A stretch of DNA of 62,618 bases, taken from assembly GCA_016198125.1 (NCBI GenBank), contig JACQJG010000013.1, forward strand, positions 1-62,618, in the 5' to 3' direction. This DNA comes from Candidatus Iainarchaeum sp. (lineage in GTDB: Archaea > Iainarchaeota > Iainarchaeia > Iainarchaeales > VGJJ01). Under the pieces are notes generated by a model, which made no database searches, was not told where the DNA came from, and saw nothing but the letters and a program-made list of their open reading frames with translations. Shown here in pieces: positions 46,743 to 56,584 of this stretch. The first letter of the stretch is position 1; each line of letters opens with the position of its first letter. The position numbers and the translations under genes were made by a program.

Positions 46743-46946
46743 CTATTTTTTAGTGGCCAGCCTTATGTCTGCATCGGTGATGGTTTTGCGGTTGGCGTGT
46801 TTGGCATACACCGAGGCTTCGCGGCTCACGTTCATTCCAACTTCCTCCAAGTAATCCGTCAACGCCTTTGCAGCTTCCTCGCTCACACGAATACCGGTTG
46901 CCTTGCGAATGATGCGGTCAACAGCCGCCAATGGAAGTTCAACCAT
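46743..46946 (-). CDS. Archaeal histone
   Basis: 67 aa: ELPLAAVDRIIRKATGIRVSEEAAKALTDYLEEVGMNVSREASVYAKHANRKTITDADIRLA, a canonical HMf-type histone fold. Confidence 0.93.
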   Translation of the reverse strand: MVELPLAAVDRIIRKATGIRVSEEAAKALTDYLEEVGMNVSREASVYAKHANRKTITDADIRLATKK

Positions 46947-47146
46947 ACAACAACGCCCTCCTAAAACAAGTAAAACAACTTTGAACCGAGAAGTATTTAA
47001 ACATACGCCTTATTTTTAACTAAGAAGCCTTAAATGGGCTTAAAAGGTAATACGAAGTGTTTTGAAAGCAAATTTTTTGTAAAGGTTTTTAATTTTGAAC
47101 GGCGAGGGCTTTAAAAGTCATTTGGGCTTTTCTTTAAACGAATAAC

Positions 47147-49411
47147 ATGCCTGCATTTGTGTCTCACCCTTTACTCAAAGAAAACACCCTTGAAAGCCGC
47201 GTGTACCAGGAAGTGCTGGTCGCACGCGTTCTTGAAAAAGGAAACTCCCTGGTAGTGGCGCCCACGGCGTTGGGAAAAACCGTTGTGGGCGTGCTGCTGG
47301 CTGCCCACGTGCTCATGCAACGCCCATCTGAAAAAGTAGTATTCTTATCCCCCACCAAACCCTTGGCCGTGCAACACCAAAAATCCCTTCAATCCTTTCT
47401 TAACATTGAAAACGCACGCGTCAACTGCCTTACTGGAACCATTTCCCCTGAGGAACGCAAATTGGTTTGGCAGGAAAGCACTGTTATTTCTGCAACCCCC
47501 CAGACCATAGAGAATGACATTATCAATGGAACCATTTCCTTTGAAGACGTTGGCCTTCTCGTCATTGATGAAGCGCATCGTGCCACTGGAGAATACAGTT
47601 ACGTGTTCATTGCCCAACAATACGTGAAACATGCACGAAACCCCTTGGTACTGGCCTTAACCGCCTCTCCGGGAAGCACAGAAGAAGAAATCCAAGACGT
47701 GTGCAGAAACCTGTTCATTAAAAACATTGAAGTTAAAACCCTGCAGGACACAGACGTAAAATCCTACACGCATGACATTGAAATGGAATGGGTGCGGGTA
47801 CAACTGCCCCCTGCATTCTTGACTATTCGCCATGACCTCAAGTCGTTTGTACGCGAGCAAATCCTGTTCCTAAAAAAAATCGGACTGGGGCAGGGAATCA
47901 TTCCAAACCTGTACAGAAAAAAAGACCTGCTCCTGCTGCAGGTACGCATCCGCAAAGAACTTGCACAAAACGCACGCGAAAAACCCTACTTATTTCAAGC
48001 CGCTTCGCGCGTGGCCGCGCTCATGAAAGTCACGCACGCCATCACCTTGCTTGAAAGCCAGGGCGTACGCGCGTTAAATGAATACTTTGAAAAAATGCAC
48101 GCGGAAAGCCTCAAACCAGGTTCTTCCAAAGCCGTTAAAATGGTCATGAATGATGAAGAAATTCAAAAAGCCCTGCGCCTTGCACGCACCCTCAAAGAAC
48201 AAAACATTGAACACCCAAAACTAAAAAAACTCCGCGAAATCCTGCTCGCACAATTTTCCCTGAACCCGGAGTCAAGGGTCATTGTGTTCAACCATTACCG
48301 GGATTCAGTCAAAGCCCTGGCTGACCATTTAAACGGATACGCGCCCATCAAGGCAAAAAGGTTTGTAGGCCAGGCCACCCGGGAAAAAGACAAAGGAATG
48401 AGCCAAAAAGAGCAAATTCAAAGCATTCAACTGTTCAAAGAAGGCCATTACAATACGCTTGTTGCCTCCAGCGTGGCCGAAGAAGGATTGGACATTCCAT
48501 CCGTAGACCTTGTAATATTTTTCGAGCCTGTGCCCTCAGAGATCCGCCTCATTCAGCGAAGGGGGCGTACAGGCCGGAAAGGAAAAGGCAAAGTCATTGT
48601 ACTCATCGCTGAAAAAACCATGGACGAGGGCATGTACTGGGCATCCAAGACAAAAGAAAAACGCATGCATGAAACGCTGCATAAACTCCAAGGGGCAAGC
48701 GCTCCTGCCCTGCCCCAGCAGACCACCCTCCTTGGGTACCCAGAAGAGCTCAGTGAACAAGTGCTTGTTTACTGCGACCACCGGGAACAAGCCTCCGGGG
48801 TTGTAAGAACGCTCAAAGACCATGCGGACGTGCTCATAAAAGTAAAACAACTAGAAGTGGGCGACTTTGTGCTGAGCGATGACATCGTAGTCGAACGCAA
48901 AACCGTACAAGACTTTCTGAATTCCATGCTTGACGGGCGCCTAACCCAACAACTGGCATACATGGCCTCCAACTACAAAGCGCCGCTTATTTTGCTGGAA
49001 GGGGACGCGCGCGAATTGTTTTCCACGCGAAATGTACACCACAGCGCAGTCATTGGCATGCTCACCAGCATTGCAGTGGACTACCGCGTTCCCCTGCTGT
49101 TCACCCAAGGCCCTGAAGAAACTGCGCACTACCTATACGTGATTGCCAAGCGCGAGCAACTGGGAAAAGAAAAAAACATTCGGCTGCGCGTTGGACGAAA
49201 GGGTTTCACGCTGAATGAACAGCAACGATTTATCATAGAAAGCCTGCCCAGCGTTGGTCCAACGCTCGCCAAAAGCCTTTTGCACCACTTCAAAACCATT
49301 CAACGCCTTGCAAACGCAAGCACGAAAGAACTGCAAAACGTGGAAAAAATTGGCGAGAAGAAGGCCAAGCAGATCAAAGACGTATTTGAAAAAGAGTTCA
49401 AGGAAACGTAG
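47147..49411 (+). CDS. hef: Hef: SF2 helicase fused to an XPF/ERCC4 nuclease and HhH2
   Basis: Helicase motifs APTALGKT, VIDEAH, LTASPG and QRRGRTGR. Nuclease motif GDFVLSDDIVVERKTVQDF. C-terminal HhH region LPSVGPTLAKSLL...IGEKKAKQI. Confidence 0.9.
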   Translation: MPAFVSHPLLKENTLESRVYQEVLVARVLEKGNSLVVAPTALGKTVVGVLLAAHVLMQRPSEKVVFLSPTKPLAVQHQKSLQSFLNIENARVNCLTGTISPEERKLVWQESTVISATPQTIENDIINGTISFEDVGLLVIDEAHRATGEYSYVFIAQQYVKHARNPLVLALTASPGSTEEEIQDVCRNLFIKNIEVKTLQDTDVKSYTHDIEMEWVRVQLPPAFLTIRHDLKSFVREQILFLKKIGLGQGIIPNLYRKKDLLLLQVRIRKELAQNAREKPYLFQAASRVAALMKVTHAITLLESQGVRALNEYFEKMHAESLKPGSSKAVKMVMNDEEIQKALRLARTLKEQNIEHPKLKKLREILLAQFSLNPESRVIVFNHYRDSVKALADHLNGYAPIKAKRFVGQATREKDKGMSQKEQIQSIQLFKEGHYNTLVASSVAEEGLDIPSVDLVIFFEPVPSEIRLIQRRGRTGRKGKGKVIVLIAEKTMDEGMYWASKTKEKRMHETLHKLQGASAPALPQQTTLLGYPEELSEQVLVYCDHREQASGVVRTLKDHADVLIKVKQLEVGDFVLSDDIVVERKTVQDFLNSMLDGRLTQQLAYMASNYKAPLILLEGDARELFSTRNVHHSAVIGMLTSIAVDYRVPLLFTQGPEETAHYLYVIAKREQLGKEKNIRLRVGRKGFTLNEQQRFIIESLPSVGPTLAKSLLHHFKTIQRLANASTKELQNVEKIGEKKAKQIKDVFEKEFKET

Positions 49412-49481
49412 GCCTGCAAGTTCCCATCACCGGCAACGCACCAACAGCGCTTTTTTAAATCCGTTGGAAAAAAAATATTTC

Positions 49482-50345
49482 ATGCCCGTCTTGGAAGTAA
49501 AGGAGATACAGGCAAAATCCATTCTCAACCCTTCACGCATCCCAGGAGTGGATTATGCCATCAACCCATACATGGGATGCGCGTTTGGGTGCACATATTG
49601 TTATGCAACGTTCATGGGGCGCATGGCAAAAAAACCCGTGGAAAGCTGGGGCGGCTATGCGTACCCAAAAACCAATGCCATTGAAGTGCTGCATGCCCAA
49701 GTGCGCAAACTCAAAGACAAGGGAAAAAATGCATGCGTGCTCTTCAGCACGGTAACAGACCCTTACCAAGGCATAGAAGCAAAATACACGCTTACCCGGC
49801 AGTGCATGGAAACCCTGCTTGAAGAAGGATTCCAAGGCCGTGTGAGCGTGCTCACCAAATCCCCTTTGGTGTTGCGCGACATGGACGTGTTAAAAAAATT
49901 CAACGAAACAGATATTGGACTCACCATTACAACTACAAATGACGCACTATCGCGGTTCTTTGAAAAAAACGCGCCCCCTGCATCCAAACGCCTGGAAGCC
50001 CTTAAAACGTTGAACGAGAACGGTTTTCGCACGTATGCATTCGTAGGACCCTTACTCCCGCACTTTGCAGCAAAAGAACAGGAATTGGACGCTTTATTCA
50101 AGGCCATTGCAGATACTGGAACGCGTGAAATATTTGTGGAGCACATAAACCTAAGCCCCTACATTTTGCGCCGTGTGCAAGAACAATTCTCATCCATGGA
50201 ACCATCGGCCGTACACGCATTTGATGCCTCGCAATGCATGGAATACAGAAAAAAATTAGACGAAGTAGTGTACACGCTCACGGATAAGCATGGCCTTTCC
50301 ATTCGTTCCAAGCATACCCTCTACCATCCAACGTCTACCCATTAA
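49482..50345 (+). CDS. Radical SAM protein, SplB/COG1533-like
   Basis: INPYMGCAFGCTYCYA contains CxxxCxxC. The start is at the internal ATG preceded by CTTTTTTAAATCC. The track extension overlaps hef. Confidence 0.75.
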   Translation: MPVLEVKEIQAKSILNPSRIPGVDYAINPYMGCAFGCTYCYATFMGRMAKKPVESWGGYAYPKTNAIEVLHAQVRKLKDKGKNACVLFSTVTDPYQGIEAKYTLTRQCMETLLEEGFQGRVSVLTKSPLVLRDMDVLKKFNETDIGLTITTTNDALSRFFEKNAPPASKRLEALKTLNENGFRTYAFVGPLLPHFAAKEQELDALFKAIADTGTREIFVEHINLSPYILRRVQEQFSSMEPSAVHAFDASQCMEYRKKLDEVVYTLTDKHGLSIRSKHTLYHPTSTH

Positions 50346-51789
50346 ATTCCAGCACGCGCGCATCATCCGACGCGTAAACCGAAGAAAGTGAAGGGCAACG
50401 CGCTTCCAGAATCCCATTCTGGTACTGCCGGTCCTTCAATGCACTCCTATGGACAAAAAAATAATCTGCATCCCACTTGTTCATGTGCAATGCAATCTTG
50501 GAACAATTGGCAGTGGTAATAATCTCCCACATGCTTCTGTTGCGCTCAACCAATTGAGGCGCAAACTCAAAGTACCCGTCAATGACTACCGGCCTGCGCG
50601 TAAAATATGCAATCTGGTGCCCCCGATCCCAAGCCGAAAAAATACTTGCATTGAACGGCGTATTCTCTTTCACCCACTCCATGGCCCTGCCTTCCCCAAG
50701 AGACTGGTAAGGCCCCCGGGCACTCAACCCCGCAATTAAAGTCACCAAGAAAAGCACTGCACACACGCCCACAAACGCCTTGTAATAGGGCCTCACACGC
50801 TCAAATGCGTGCACCAATCCCAACCCTGCAAGAATGGACAATGGAAGTGAAAGGTACAACCCCAAACGCAGTCCCCAAAACGCAAAGGCCAGGCACACCA
50901 CCAACCACAACCCCAGAAAAGCCTTGGATGTTTGTTCAACAGGAATTTTATTCCTCCCGACAAGTACAGCAAGGGCAAAAACCCATGAAACGCTGAAGAA
51001 TACAGCAAAATCCAGCAAGGCAAAGCGCGCGAATTCCGAGGATTCAAATGAAAGTTTGGACGCATAATTTTCCAACGGCAACCCAAACGAAAATGCCCAC
51101 AACACCCACACACCAAAAACAAGTAATACCAGCCCAAGAACTGGAACGCGGGTATTTCCACTGCCCCACTTTTTAACCCTGGTCAAAACCACCCACGCCA
51201 ACAAGAACACAAGTATATGAATGGTAGAAAGCGGGTGGAGCAGAACAAGGGCAATTCCAGAAAGGTATGCAAGCACCCACTTGTGCTCGAGAACAGCCAA
51301 CAATACAAAAGGGATAAAAGCCAAGGCCATTCCGTCCGGGCGTGTAAATGCGTCCGTGCGAAGCACGTGCAACAAAGTGGCGCTGACAAACAACGCGCTT
51401 GCAAGCGCTATCCGCGCATTAAACAAACGCCGCGCCACCAAAAAAACCCCTAAGACACTCAGGGTTCCATACAATGCTGAAAAAAGTTTTATCACCCAAA
51501 ACACGGAAAGCCCGGAGAAAATGGAAAGCCCGGCAAGAGCAACATGGAGCAGTGCAGGATACGTGTACACGCGGCCCTGCATGGACAATGCATCCCATGC
51601 AGGAACACGCTGTTCAGTTATTATTTGCTCGGCCATGCGCGCATGAAAATGCGCATCCGGGTCCACAAGGTTTTCAAACGATCCCGGAAAAACGCGCACC
51701 AAAAATGCAACCCCAAGCAGGAGCGCAAGAGCCAAGTACGTGCGTTGACCTTCATTCATGGTAACGTACTCCAAAAGAATGAAATGCAT
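50335..51789 (-). CDS. aglB: Short STT3/AglB-like oligosaccharyltransferase
   Basis: About 13 TM segments. The first-loop DxD is LVDPDAHFHAR. AMEWVKENTPFNASIFSAWDRGHQIAYFTRRPVVIDGY aligns with the STT3 WWDYG block. The soluble C-terminal domain is short (~95 aa). Confidence 0.6.
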   Translation of the reverse strand: MHFILLEYVTMNEGQRTYLALALLLGVAFLVRVFPGSFENLVDPDAHFHARMAEQIITEQRVPAWDALSMQGRVYTYPALLHVALAGLSIFSGLSVFWVIKLFSALYGTLSVLGVFLVARRLFNARIALASALFVSATLLHVLRTDAFTRPDGMALAFIPFVLLAVLEHKWVLAYLSGIALVLLHPLSTIHILVFLLAWVVLTRVKKWGSGNTRVPVLGLVLLVFGVWVLWAFSFGLPLENYASKLSFESSEFARFALLDFAVFFSVSWVFALAVLVGRNKIPVEQTSKAFLGLWLVVCLAFAFWGLRLGLYLSLPLSILAGLGLVHAFERVRPYYKAFVGVCAVLFLVTLIAGLSARGPYQSLGEGRAMEWVKENTPFNASIFSAWDRGHQIAYFTRRPVVIDGYFEFAPQLVERNRSMWEIITTANCSKIALHMNKWDADYFFVHRSALKDRQYQNGILEARCPSLSSVYASDDARVLEFNG

Positions 51790-52090
51790 GCAGAGCAGGT
51801 TTCCATTCCACGTTGGAATGGGAAATCATAAAACGCTGGTGAAGCTCGCGAAGAAATGCCTCCAAATCCTCCCTGGAACCTTCAGCCACTATTTTAACAC
51901 TGCCATTGGAAAGGTTTTGCACGAATCCTGAAACATGCATGCGGCGCGCAACCGCACACGCATACCCCCTTAATCCTACGCCTTGAACCATGCCTTCCAA
52001 CACGCACGCTACGCGTGCCTCCTTGTTTAAAGCCGGCCTTTTCCGCGAACGCGACAAAGACTCATCTCCTCCAACGTTGCATAGACCCAA
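51752..52090 (-). CDS. acyP: Acylphosphatase
   Basis: VLEGMVQGVGLRGYACAVARRMHVSGFVQNLSNGSVKIVAEG. The start is uncertain because the ORF overlaps the upstream gene by 64 nt. Confidence 0.75.
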   Translation of the reverse strand: MGLCNVGGDESLSRSRKRPALNKEARVACVLEGMVQGVGLRGYACAVARRMHVSGFVQNLSNGSVKIVAEGSREDLEAFLRELHQRFMISHSNVEWKPALHAFHSFGVRYHE

Positions 52091-52539
52091 GCCCCTACCG
52101 TAAAGCCCTTGCGCACGTTTTTCAATTCCGCCTGCCTTGCAAGACCCAAAAGTTCTTTTTCAACGCGCTTCAAGGGCCCTAATCCAAGCAAAACCACGCG
52201 TTGGGCTTGCATTTTCCGGTCAATGCCTATCCACCCCAAGGCACGTTCAAGCTGGGTATCCTGGGCCAACCACAGCACCCATTCCAGAGAAAGCGTTTCC
52301 GCGATATTGGAATGATCCTCAAACGCATGCACGGCGTGCAAAGCGGCTGCACACGCATAAGCAGGAAAAGGCACTGCGCGCGCTTGAACGATTTGAATGC
52401 CAGGCAAACAAACGCTTTTAAGGGCATTCAGGGCTGTTAAACAATTGGAAGCATGCAATTCCCCAAAAAGGCCGCCCACCCCCCAAGGGCTTTCTTCTTG
52501 GGAAATAGGTTCAGAAAAAGAATACGAGAAAGAAATCAT
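52027..52539 (-). CDS. cgi121: KEOPS subunit Cgi121-like
   Basis: IQIVQARAV..PAYACAAALHAVHAFEDHSNIAETLSLEWVLWLAQDTQLERALGWIG resembles the Cgi121 pattern (..H...A...AF..g.nia....lE.lLy.sg.rQI..Ai...G). Confidence 0.5.
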   Translation of the reverse strand: MISFSYSFSEPISQEESPWGVGGLFGELHASNCLTALNALKSVCLPGIQIVQARAVPFPAYACAAALHAVHAFEDHSNIAETLSLEWVLWLAQDTQLERALGWIGIDRKMQAQRVVLLGLGPLKRVEKELLGLARQAELKNVRKGFTVGAWVYATLEEMSLCRVRGKGRL

Positions 52540-52629
52540 ATACGTTTAAAAGGTTGAAGGTATTAAAAATGCTTATCAGCCTTGAAAGCAAGGTTTTAAC
52601 GCATTTTAAGGCACAAAAGGGATTCTTTA

Positions 52630-53148
52630 ATGACCAGTTGGCACATGAAATCTGAAAAATACGCCACTGGAGGCCACCGTGGAACTGTGGAAGCCAGCAA
52701 GAAAAAGCTTTCCTGGAAAGGCGGAGAGTTTGCGGCTACCCGAATGGATGCCGCCGATCAGGTAAAACTCGTGAAAGTCATGGGAAACCATGTAAAGGCC
52801 AAGCAGACGCATGCCCACACTGCCAATGTCACAAACCCTGAAACCCGTAAAACCATGAAAATGGAAATCACGTGGGTGCATGAAAACAACGCCAACCGCC
52901 TTTTTACAAGGAGAAACATCATCACCAAAGGCGCGGTCATTGAAGTAAGCCTTGACGGCATCAAAGCCTTTGCGCGCGTGGCCAGCCGGCCAGGCCAGCA
53001 AGGCCAGGTCAACGCCCTCATGCTGCCTTCCACCTTTAAACCGGAAAAAATGGTGTTAAAAGAAGAAAAAGCCCAAAACACTAAAACACGCAAAACCGCA
53101 AAGACAGCCAAGCGCACACCCCCTTCAAATCCCAAAAAAGAAGCGTAA
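52630..53148 (+). CDS. rps8e: 30S ribosomal protein S8e
   Basis: SWHMKSEKYATGG..., ANVTNPETRKTMKMEITWVHENNANRLFTRRNIITKGAVIEV and ARVASRPGQQGQVNALML. Confidence 0.85.
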   Translation: MTSWHMKSEKYATGGHRGTVEASKKKLSWKGGEFAATRMDAADQVKLVKVMGNHVKAKQTHAHTANVTNPETRKTMKMEITWVHENNANRLFTRRNIITKGAVIEVSLDGIKAFARVASRPGQQGQVNALMLPSTFKPEKMVLKEEKAQNTKTRKTAKTAKRTPPSNPKKEA

Positions 53149-53336
53149 AGCCCATGCAAAGGTTTTAAACAACCCACCAAAACATTTAAATATATCCCCC
53201 GCGGCATAGTGTATTATACCATACTTTTTTCTCCGACAAAGATTCTTTCAAAAGAGCTTTTTTCGGTTTAAATGGGCAGAATGGGTTGATAAAGGCCTTT
53301 TAAAATGCATGCATTCAAGGCAGGGGGGAGTAAAAC

Positions 53337-54245
53337 ATGACAGAAAACGTGTGTCCCGAGTGTAAAAGCAAGCGTTTAACCCACGACTATGAAAAGGGAG
53401 AAGTCGTGTGCCAAAACTGCGGACTCATTGTAAACGAAGATGAAATGGACTTGGGAAAAGAATGGCGCAGCTTTGACTCGGACCAGTTTGAGGACACGGC
53501 ACGCACCGGCAGCCCCATGAAATACGTGAAATTAAACAAAGGCCTTGTAACCATGATCGACCGGAGGGGCGCAGACTCCAGGGGAAACAAGCTCAGCTCC
53601 AAAAGCAAAGCCCAAATGTACCGGTTAATCAAATGGCATAAACGCGCTTCCATTTCAAGTTCCATGCAACGCAACCTCAGCATTGCACTCACTGAACTGC
53701 GAAGAGTAGCCAGCTACTTGAACATTCCTGAACAACTCGTAGAAGCCGCGGCCTTGCTGTACAGGAAAACTGTAAAGAAAGGACTCATCCGCGGACGCTT
53801 AATCGAAGCAGTAGTGGCCGCAGTGCTGTACACGGTATGCAGGACCTATCAAGTGCCCCGCACGCTCAATGAAATGGCCGAAGCCTCGGGTTTGACCAAA
53901 AAGGAAATTGGAAGGACGTACAGGTTTTTGGTGCGCGAACTCAAACTCGAAGTACCCTTAACCAACCCCATCCACTACATTCCAAGGTTTGCAAGCGAAC
54001 TCAACCTGAGCGGGGAAGTCCAAGAAGAAGGGCGCAAAATCCTTGAAGACGCCATTGGACGCGGACTCATTTCAGGCCGAGGCCCCACCGGAGTTGCAGC
54101 AGCCGCCGTGTACATTGCCGGCCTGTTGAAAGGCGAACGGCGCACGCAAAAAGAAGTGGCCAACGTGGCAGGCGTTACAGAAGTAACGATCCGCAACCGC
54201 TACCGCGAGTTAAAGAAACGATTGGATATTGAGGTCTCTGCATAA
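53337..54245 (+). CDS. tfb: Transcription initiation factor TFB (TFIIB)
   Basis: The N-terminal Zn ribbon is CPECKS...VCQNCGLIV, followed by a B-finger region and two cyclin-fold repeats, ending ...VAGVTEVTIRNRYREL. Confidence 0.95.
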   Translation: MTENVCPECKSKRLTHDYEKGEVVCQNCGLIVNEDEMDLGKEWRSFDSDQFEDTARTGSPMKYVKLNKGLVTMIDRRGADSRGNKLSSKSKAQMYRLIKWHKRASISSSMQRNLSIALTELRRVASYLNIPEQLVEAAALLYRKTVKKGLIRGRLIEAVVAAVLYTVCRTYQVPRTLNEMAEASGLTKKEIGRTYRFLVRELKLEVPLTNPIHYIPRFASELNLSGEVQEEGRKILEDAIGRGLISGRGPTGVAAAAVYIAGLLKGERRTQKEVANVAGVTEVTIRNRYRELKKRLDIEVSA

Positions 54246-54318
54246 TTAAGCGGAGCCTCTGATTATTTTTTTCTTTTTTTGGGGTTTATTTAAATAATAC
54301 ATTCTCATTCAACCCTCT

Positions 54319-55461
54319 ATGGTTTCTTCACGCCGATTACTAGGACGTATTCATCCAAAGGGACGTTTGTCTGCGCAAGAGCGAGCCGCACGATTAGTCG
54401 CACGAAAAATTCGTTTTGGAAGACATATCCAACTCCATCAAGTGGGAACCGTGCCTCAAACCCCCTTTGAAAAAGGAGAATATGTTAAACGACTCAGGGC
54501 GATTGTCCAAAAAAGGCGCACGCTAAAGAAAACCTCTTCTCAGTACGAAAAACTAACAACAAAAGTACGGGTACTCCAGCTCAGCCGCCAAATTGGAATG
54601 TTAAAGGGCGGAAGAAGACCCAACATCCATCAACTTTTTGCTACTATTCTTTTGATGAATGGATTAAGCTCCGCGAAAAACGCTGAAATAGCTCGTGCAT
54701 TGATTAATATTTGGAATAGGGATAAACAGAATATTATTTGGGAAGGAGCCCCCCATAATGTTTATTACATTGCCACTCATTTTGATTCCCAAGGCCGAAC
54801 ATTTTTTGAACTACTGGAACGGGTTTTGCATCACGCCAAAAATCGGGCCGTTGATAGCCGGACTCTCGCTGATAAAATTGGACTAAAATGGACGCGCAAA
54901 AATCAGCAAATGATTAATGTTGCTCTTCAGACGATTGAAACCGCTGGGCTGATACGAAAAATGCCTTTCATGATGAAGAGGACTGGTGGAGGAATTTCGG
55001 TTTGGGTCCATACAACCTATAGAAATCCTGCTATTTTGTATCAAAATCCAGAAATGGAAATTCTTAACGTATTGAATACACGTGGACCTCAACGAGTCAG
55101 CGATTTGCATCATCCCCAGCAGCAAAGAAAATATTGGGTGGGAAATGAATACGCTACGTTTTCAGGTAAAACTGTTTATATGAACTTAATAAAATTGGAA
55201 GCCGACGAAGTGATACAAAGACGAAAAATACCAGGCCGACAAATAAAAGGAAAAATGAGTGTTGAAGTCAGCCTCACACCCGAAGGAAAAAAACTCATGG
55301 AGGAATACCATAAGACAGGGCATTTACCCGAAAAGCTCCGAAAAATTTTACTCGGAGAAAAAGAAACCCCTATTTCTTCCGAGGTCAAGGAAAAATACAA
55401 AGAAATCGTTCAATTAATTGATGCGCTTCTCCGCCAAAAAACCAAAGAACTCCAACCATGA
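54319..55461 (+). CDS. Hypothetical protein with two winged-helix-like segments and a basic N-terminus
   Basis: SRTLADKIGLKWTRKNQQMINVALQTIETAGLIRK and EILNVLNTRGPQRVSDL...VYMNLIKLEADEVIQRRK look like wHTH units. It is more AT-rich than its neighbours. Confidence 0.45.
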   Translation: MVSSRRLLGRIHPKGRLSAQERAARLVARKIRFGRHIQLHQVGTVPQTPFEKGEYVKRLRAIVQKRRTLKKTSSQYEKLTTKVRVLQLSRQIGMLKGGRRPNIHQLFATILLMNGLSSAKNAEIARALINIWNRDKQNIIWEGAPHNVYYIATHFDSQGRTFFELLERVLHHAKNRAVDSRTLADKIGLKWTRKNQQMINVALQTIETAGLIRKMPFMMKRTGGGISVWVHTTYRNPAILYQNPEMEILNVLNTRGPQRVSDLHHPQQQRKYWVGNEYATFSGKTVYMNLIKLEADEVIQRRKIPGRQIKGKMSVEVSLTPEGKKLMEEYHKTGHLPEKLRKILLGEKETPISSEVKEKYKEIVQLIDALLRQKTKELQP

Positions 55462-55550
55462 ACTTTTCCCAACAAGGCATGAAGAATCTGCTTTTGACGG
55501 ATGATTAGCAGTGCGTTTTTAAAACCTCAAGCGCAACGCTTTTAACTTCT

Positions 55551-55868
55551 GTGCACACTTATAATGGCATGCAAAGTCCTTTGGACCAGGCCATGAACAG
55601 CGCCAAGAAGAACTGCAAGCTCTGCCACGCGCGCAGAACCCTTCGCGCCACAGACGCTGAACGCGCCCTGGCACGCGAAGGCGTACAAGACTTGATTTCC
55701 TATTTTGCCCAGCATTACCAGGACTTGCGCGATGAAAATGCGAGCGGAACAGAAATACAACAGGCACTGCAAAACAAGCGCGCGTGCATGGACCTTTTAA
55801 GTACATGCGACTCCTGCGACAAACAAGTGGACCAGGTAAACAGGGCACTGCTCAAATTAAAAGCGTGA
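55551..55868 (+). CDS. Hypothetical helical protein with two CxxC pairs
   Basis: CKLC ... CDSC are separated by ~70 helical residues. The competing antisense ORF (55519-55848) looks less protein-like. The start is uncertain. Confidence 0.35.
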   Translation: MHTYNGMQSPLDQAMNSAKKNCKLCHARRTLRATDAERALAREGVQDLISYFAQHYQDLRDENASGTEIQQALQNKRACMDLLSTCDSCDKQVDQVNRALLKLKA

Positions 55869-55923
55869 AACTTTTGCGAAACGGCCACTCCATTTTTATT
55901 CCCTTTTCCCATATCTGGTACGT

Positions 55924-56571
55924 ATGCTTTTCGGCGGAATAGATGAAGCTGGAAGAGGCCCTGCGCTTGGGCCCATGGTCCTTGCCGTTGCAGTGGCAGA
56001 AAAACAACACGAAGAACGCCTCATCGAATTAGGCGTTAAAGACTCCAAACTGCTTTCACCCCAAGAACGGGAACGACAATACAAAGAAATTGTAAAAATC
56101 GTCCCTGCGTATGCAAGCGTGCACATCCACGCACCGGAAATGGACGCCCTCATGGACAGGCACAGCTTGAACGAAATCGAAGCCATGAAAATAGGAGGCC
56201 TGTTAAACGCACTGAATCAAAAGCCCGAAGTGGTGTGGGTGGATTCCCCGGACCCTGTGCAACACTTTTTTTCTACACGAATCAGCAAGTACATTTCATT
56301 CTCCTGCACCATTAAATCAGAGCACAAAGCAGACATCAATCACCCCATTGTAAGCGCGGCCAGCATCATCGCCAAAGTCCAACGCGACGAAGAAATACAA
56401 AAGCTTGCAAACACTTACGGAGAAATGGGTTCCGGGTATTCTCACGACCCTTTGACCATTGCATTCATTCAACGCTGGCTGAAAGAACATGGAACGCTTC
56501 CCCCCTTTGCGCGCAAGCAATGGGAAACCAGCCAGCGATTGCTGGATGAAAGATATCAAACAAAACTTTGA
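55924..56571 (+). CDS. rnhB: Ribonuclease HII
   Basis: GIDEAGRGPALGPMVLA, DSKLLSP, VDSPD and SAASIIAKV. Confidence 0.93.
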   Translation: MLFGGIDEAGRGPALGPMVLAVAVAEKQHEERLIELGVKDSKLLSPQERERQYKEIVKIVPAYASVHIHAPEMDALMDRHSLNEIEAMKIGGLLNALNQKPEVVWVDSPDPVQHFFSTRISKYISFSCTIKSEHKADINHPIVSAASIIAKVQRDEEIQKLANTYGEMGSGYSHDPLTIAFIQRWLKEHGTLPPFARKQWETSQRLLDERYQTKL

Positions 56572-56584
56572 GGTGAACGTCCAC

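Noticed and set aside
49254-49481. N-terminal extension of the radical SAM ORF overlapping hef
   Set aside because: It is read in another frame of the hef 3' end, is extremely basic and low-complexity, and an AT-box precedes the internal ATG at 49482.
55519-55848. Minus-strand 109-aa ORF antisense to 55551-55868
   Set aside because: It is Cys/Arg/Pro-rich and low-complexity, typical of antisense reading through a GC-rich gene. The plus-strand product is helical and protein-like, although itself uncertain.
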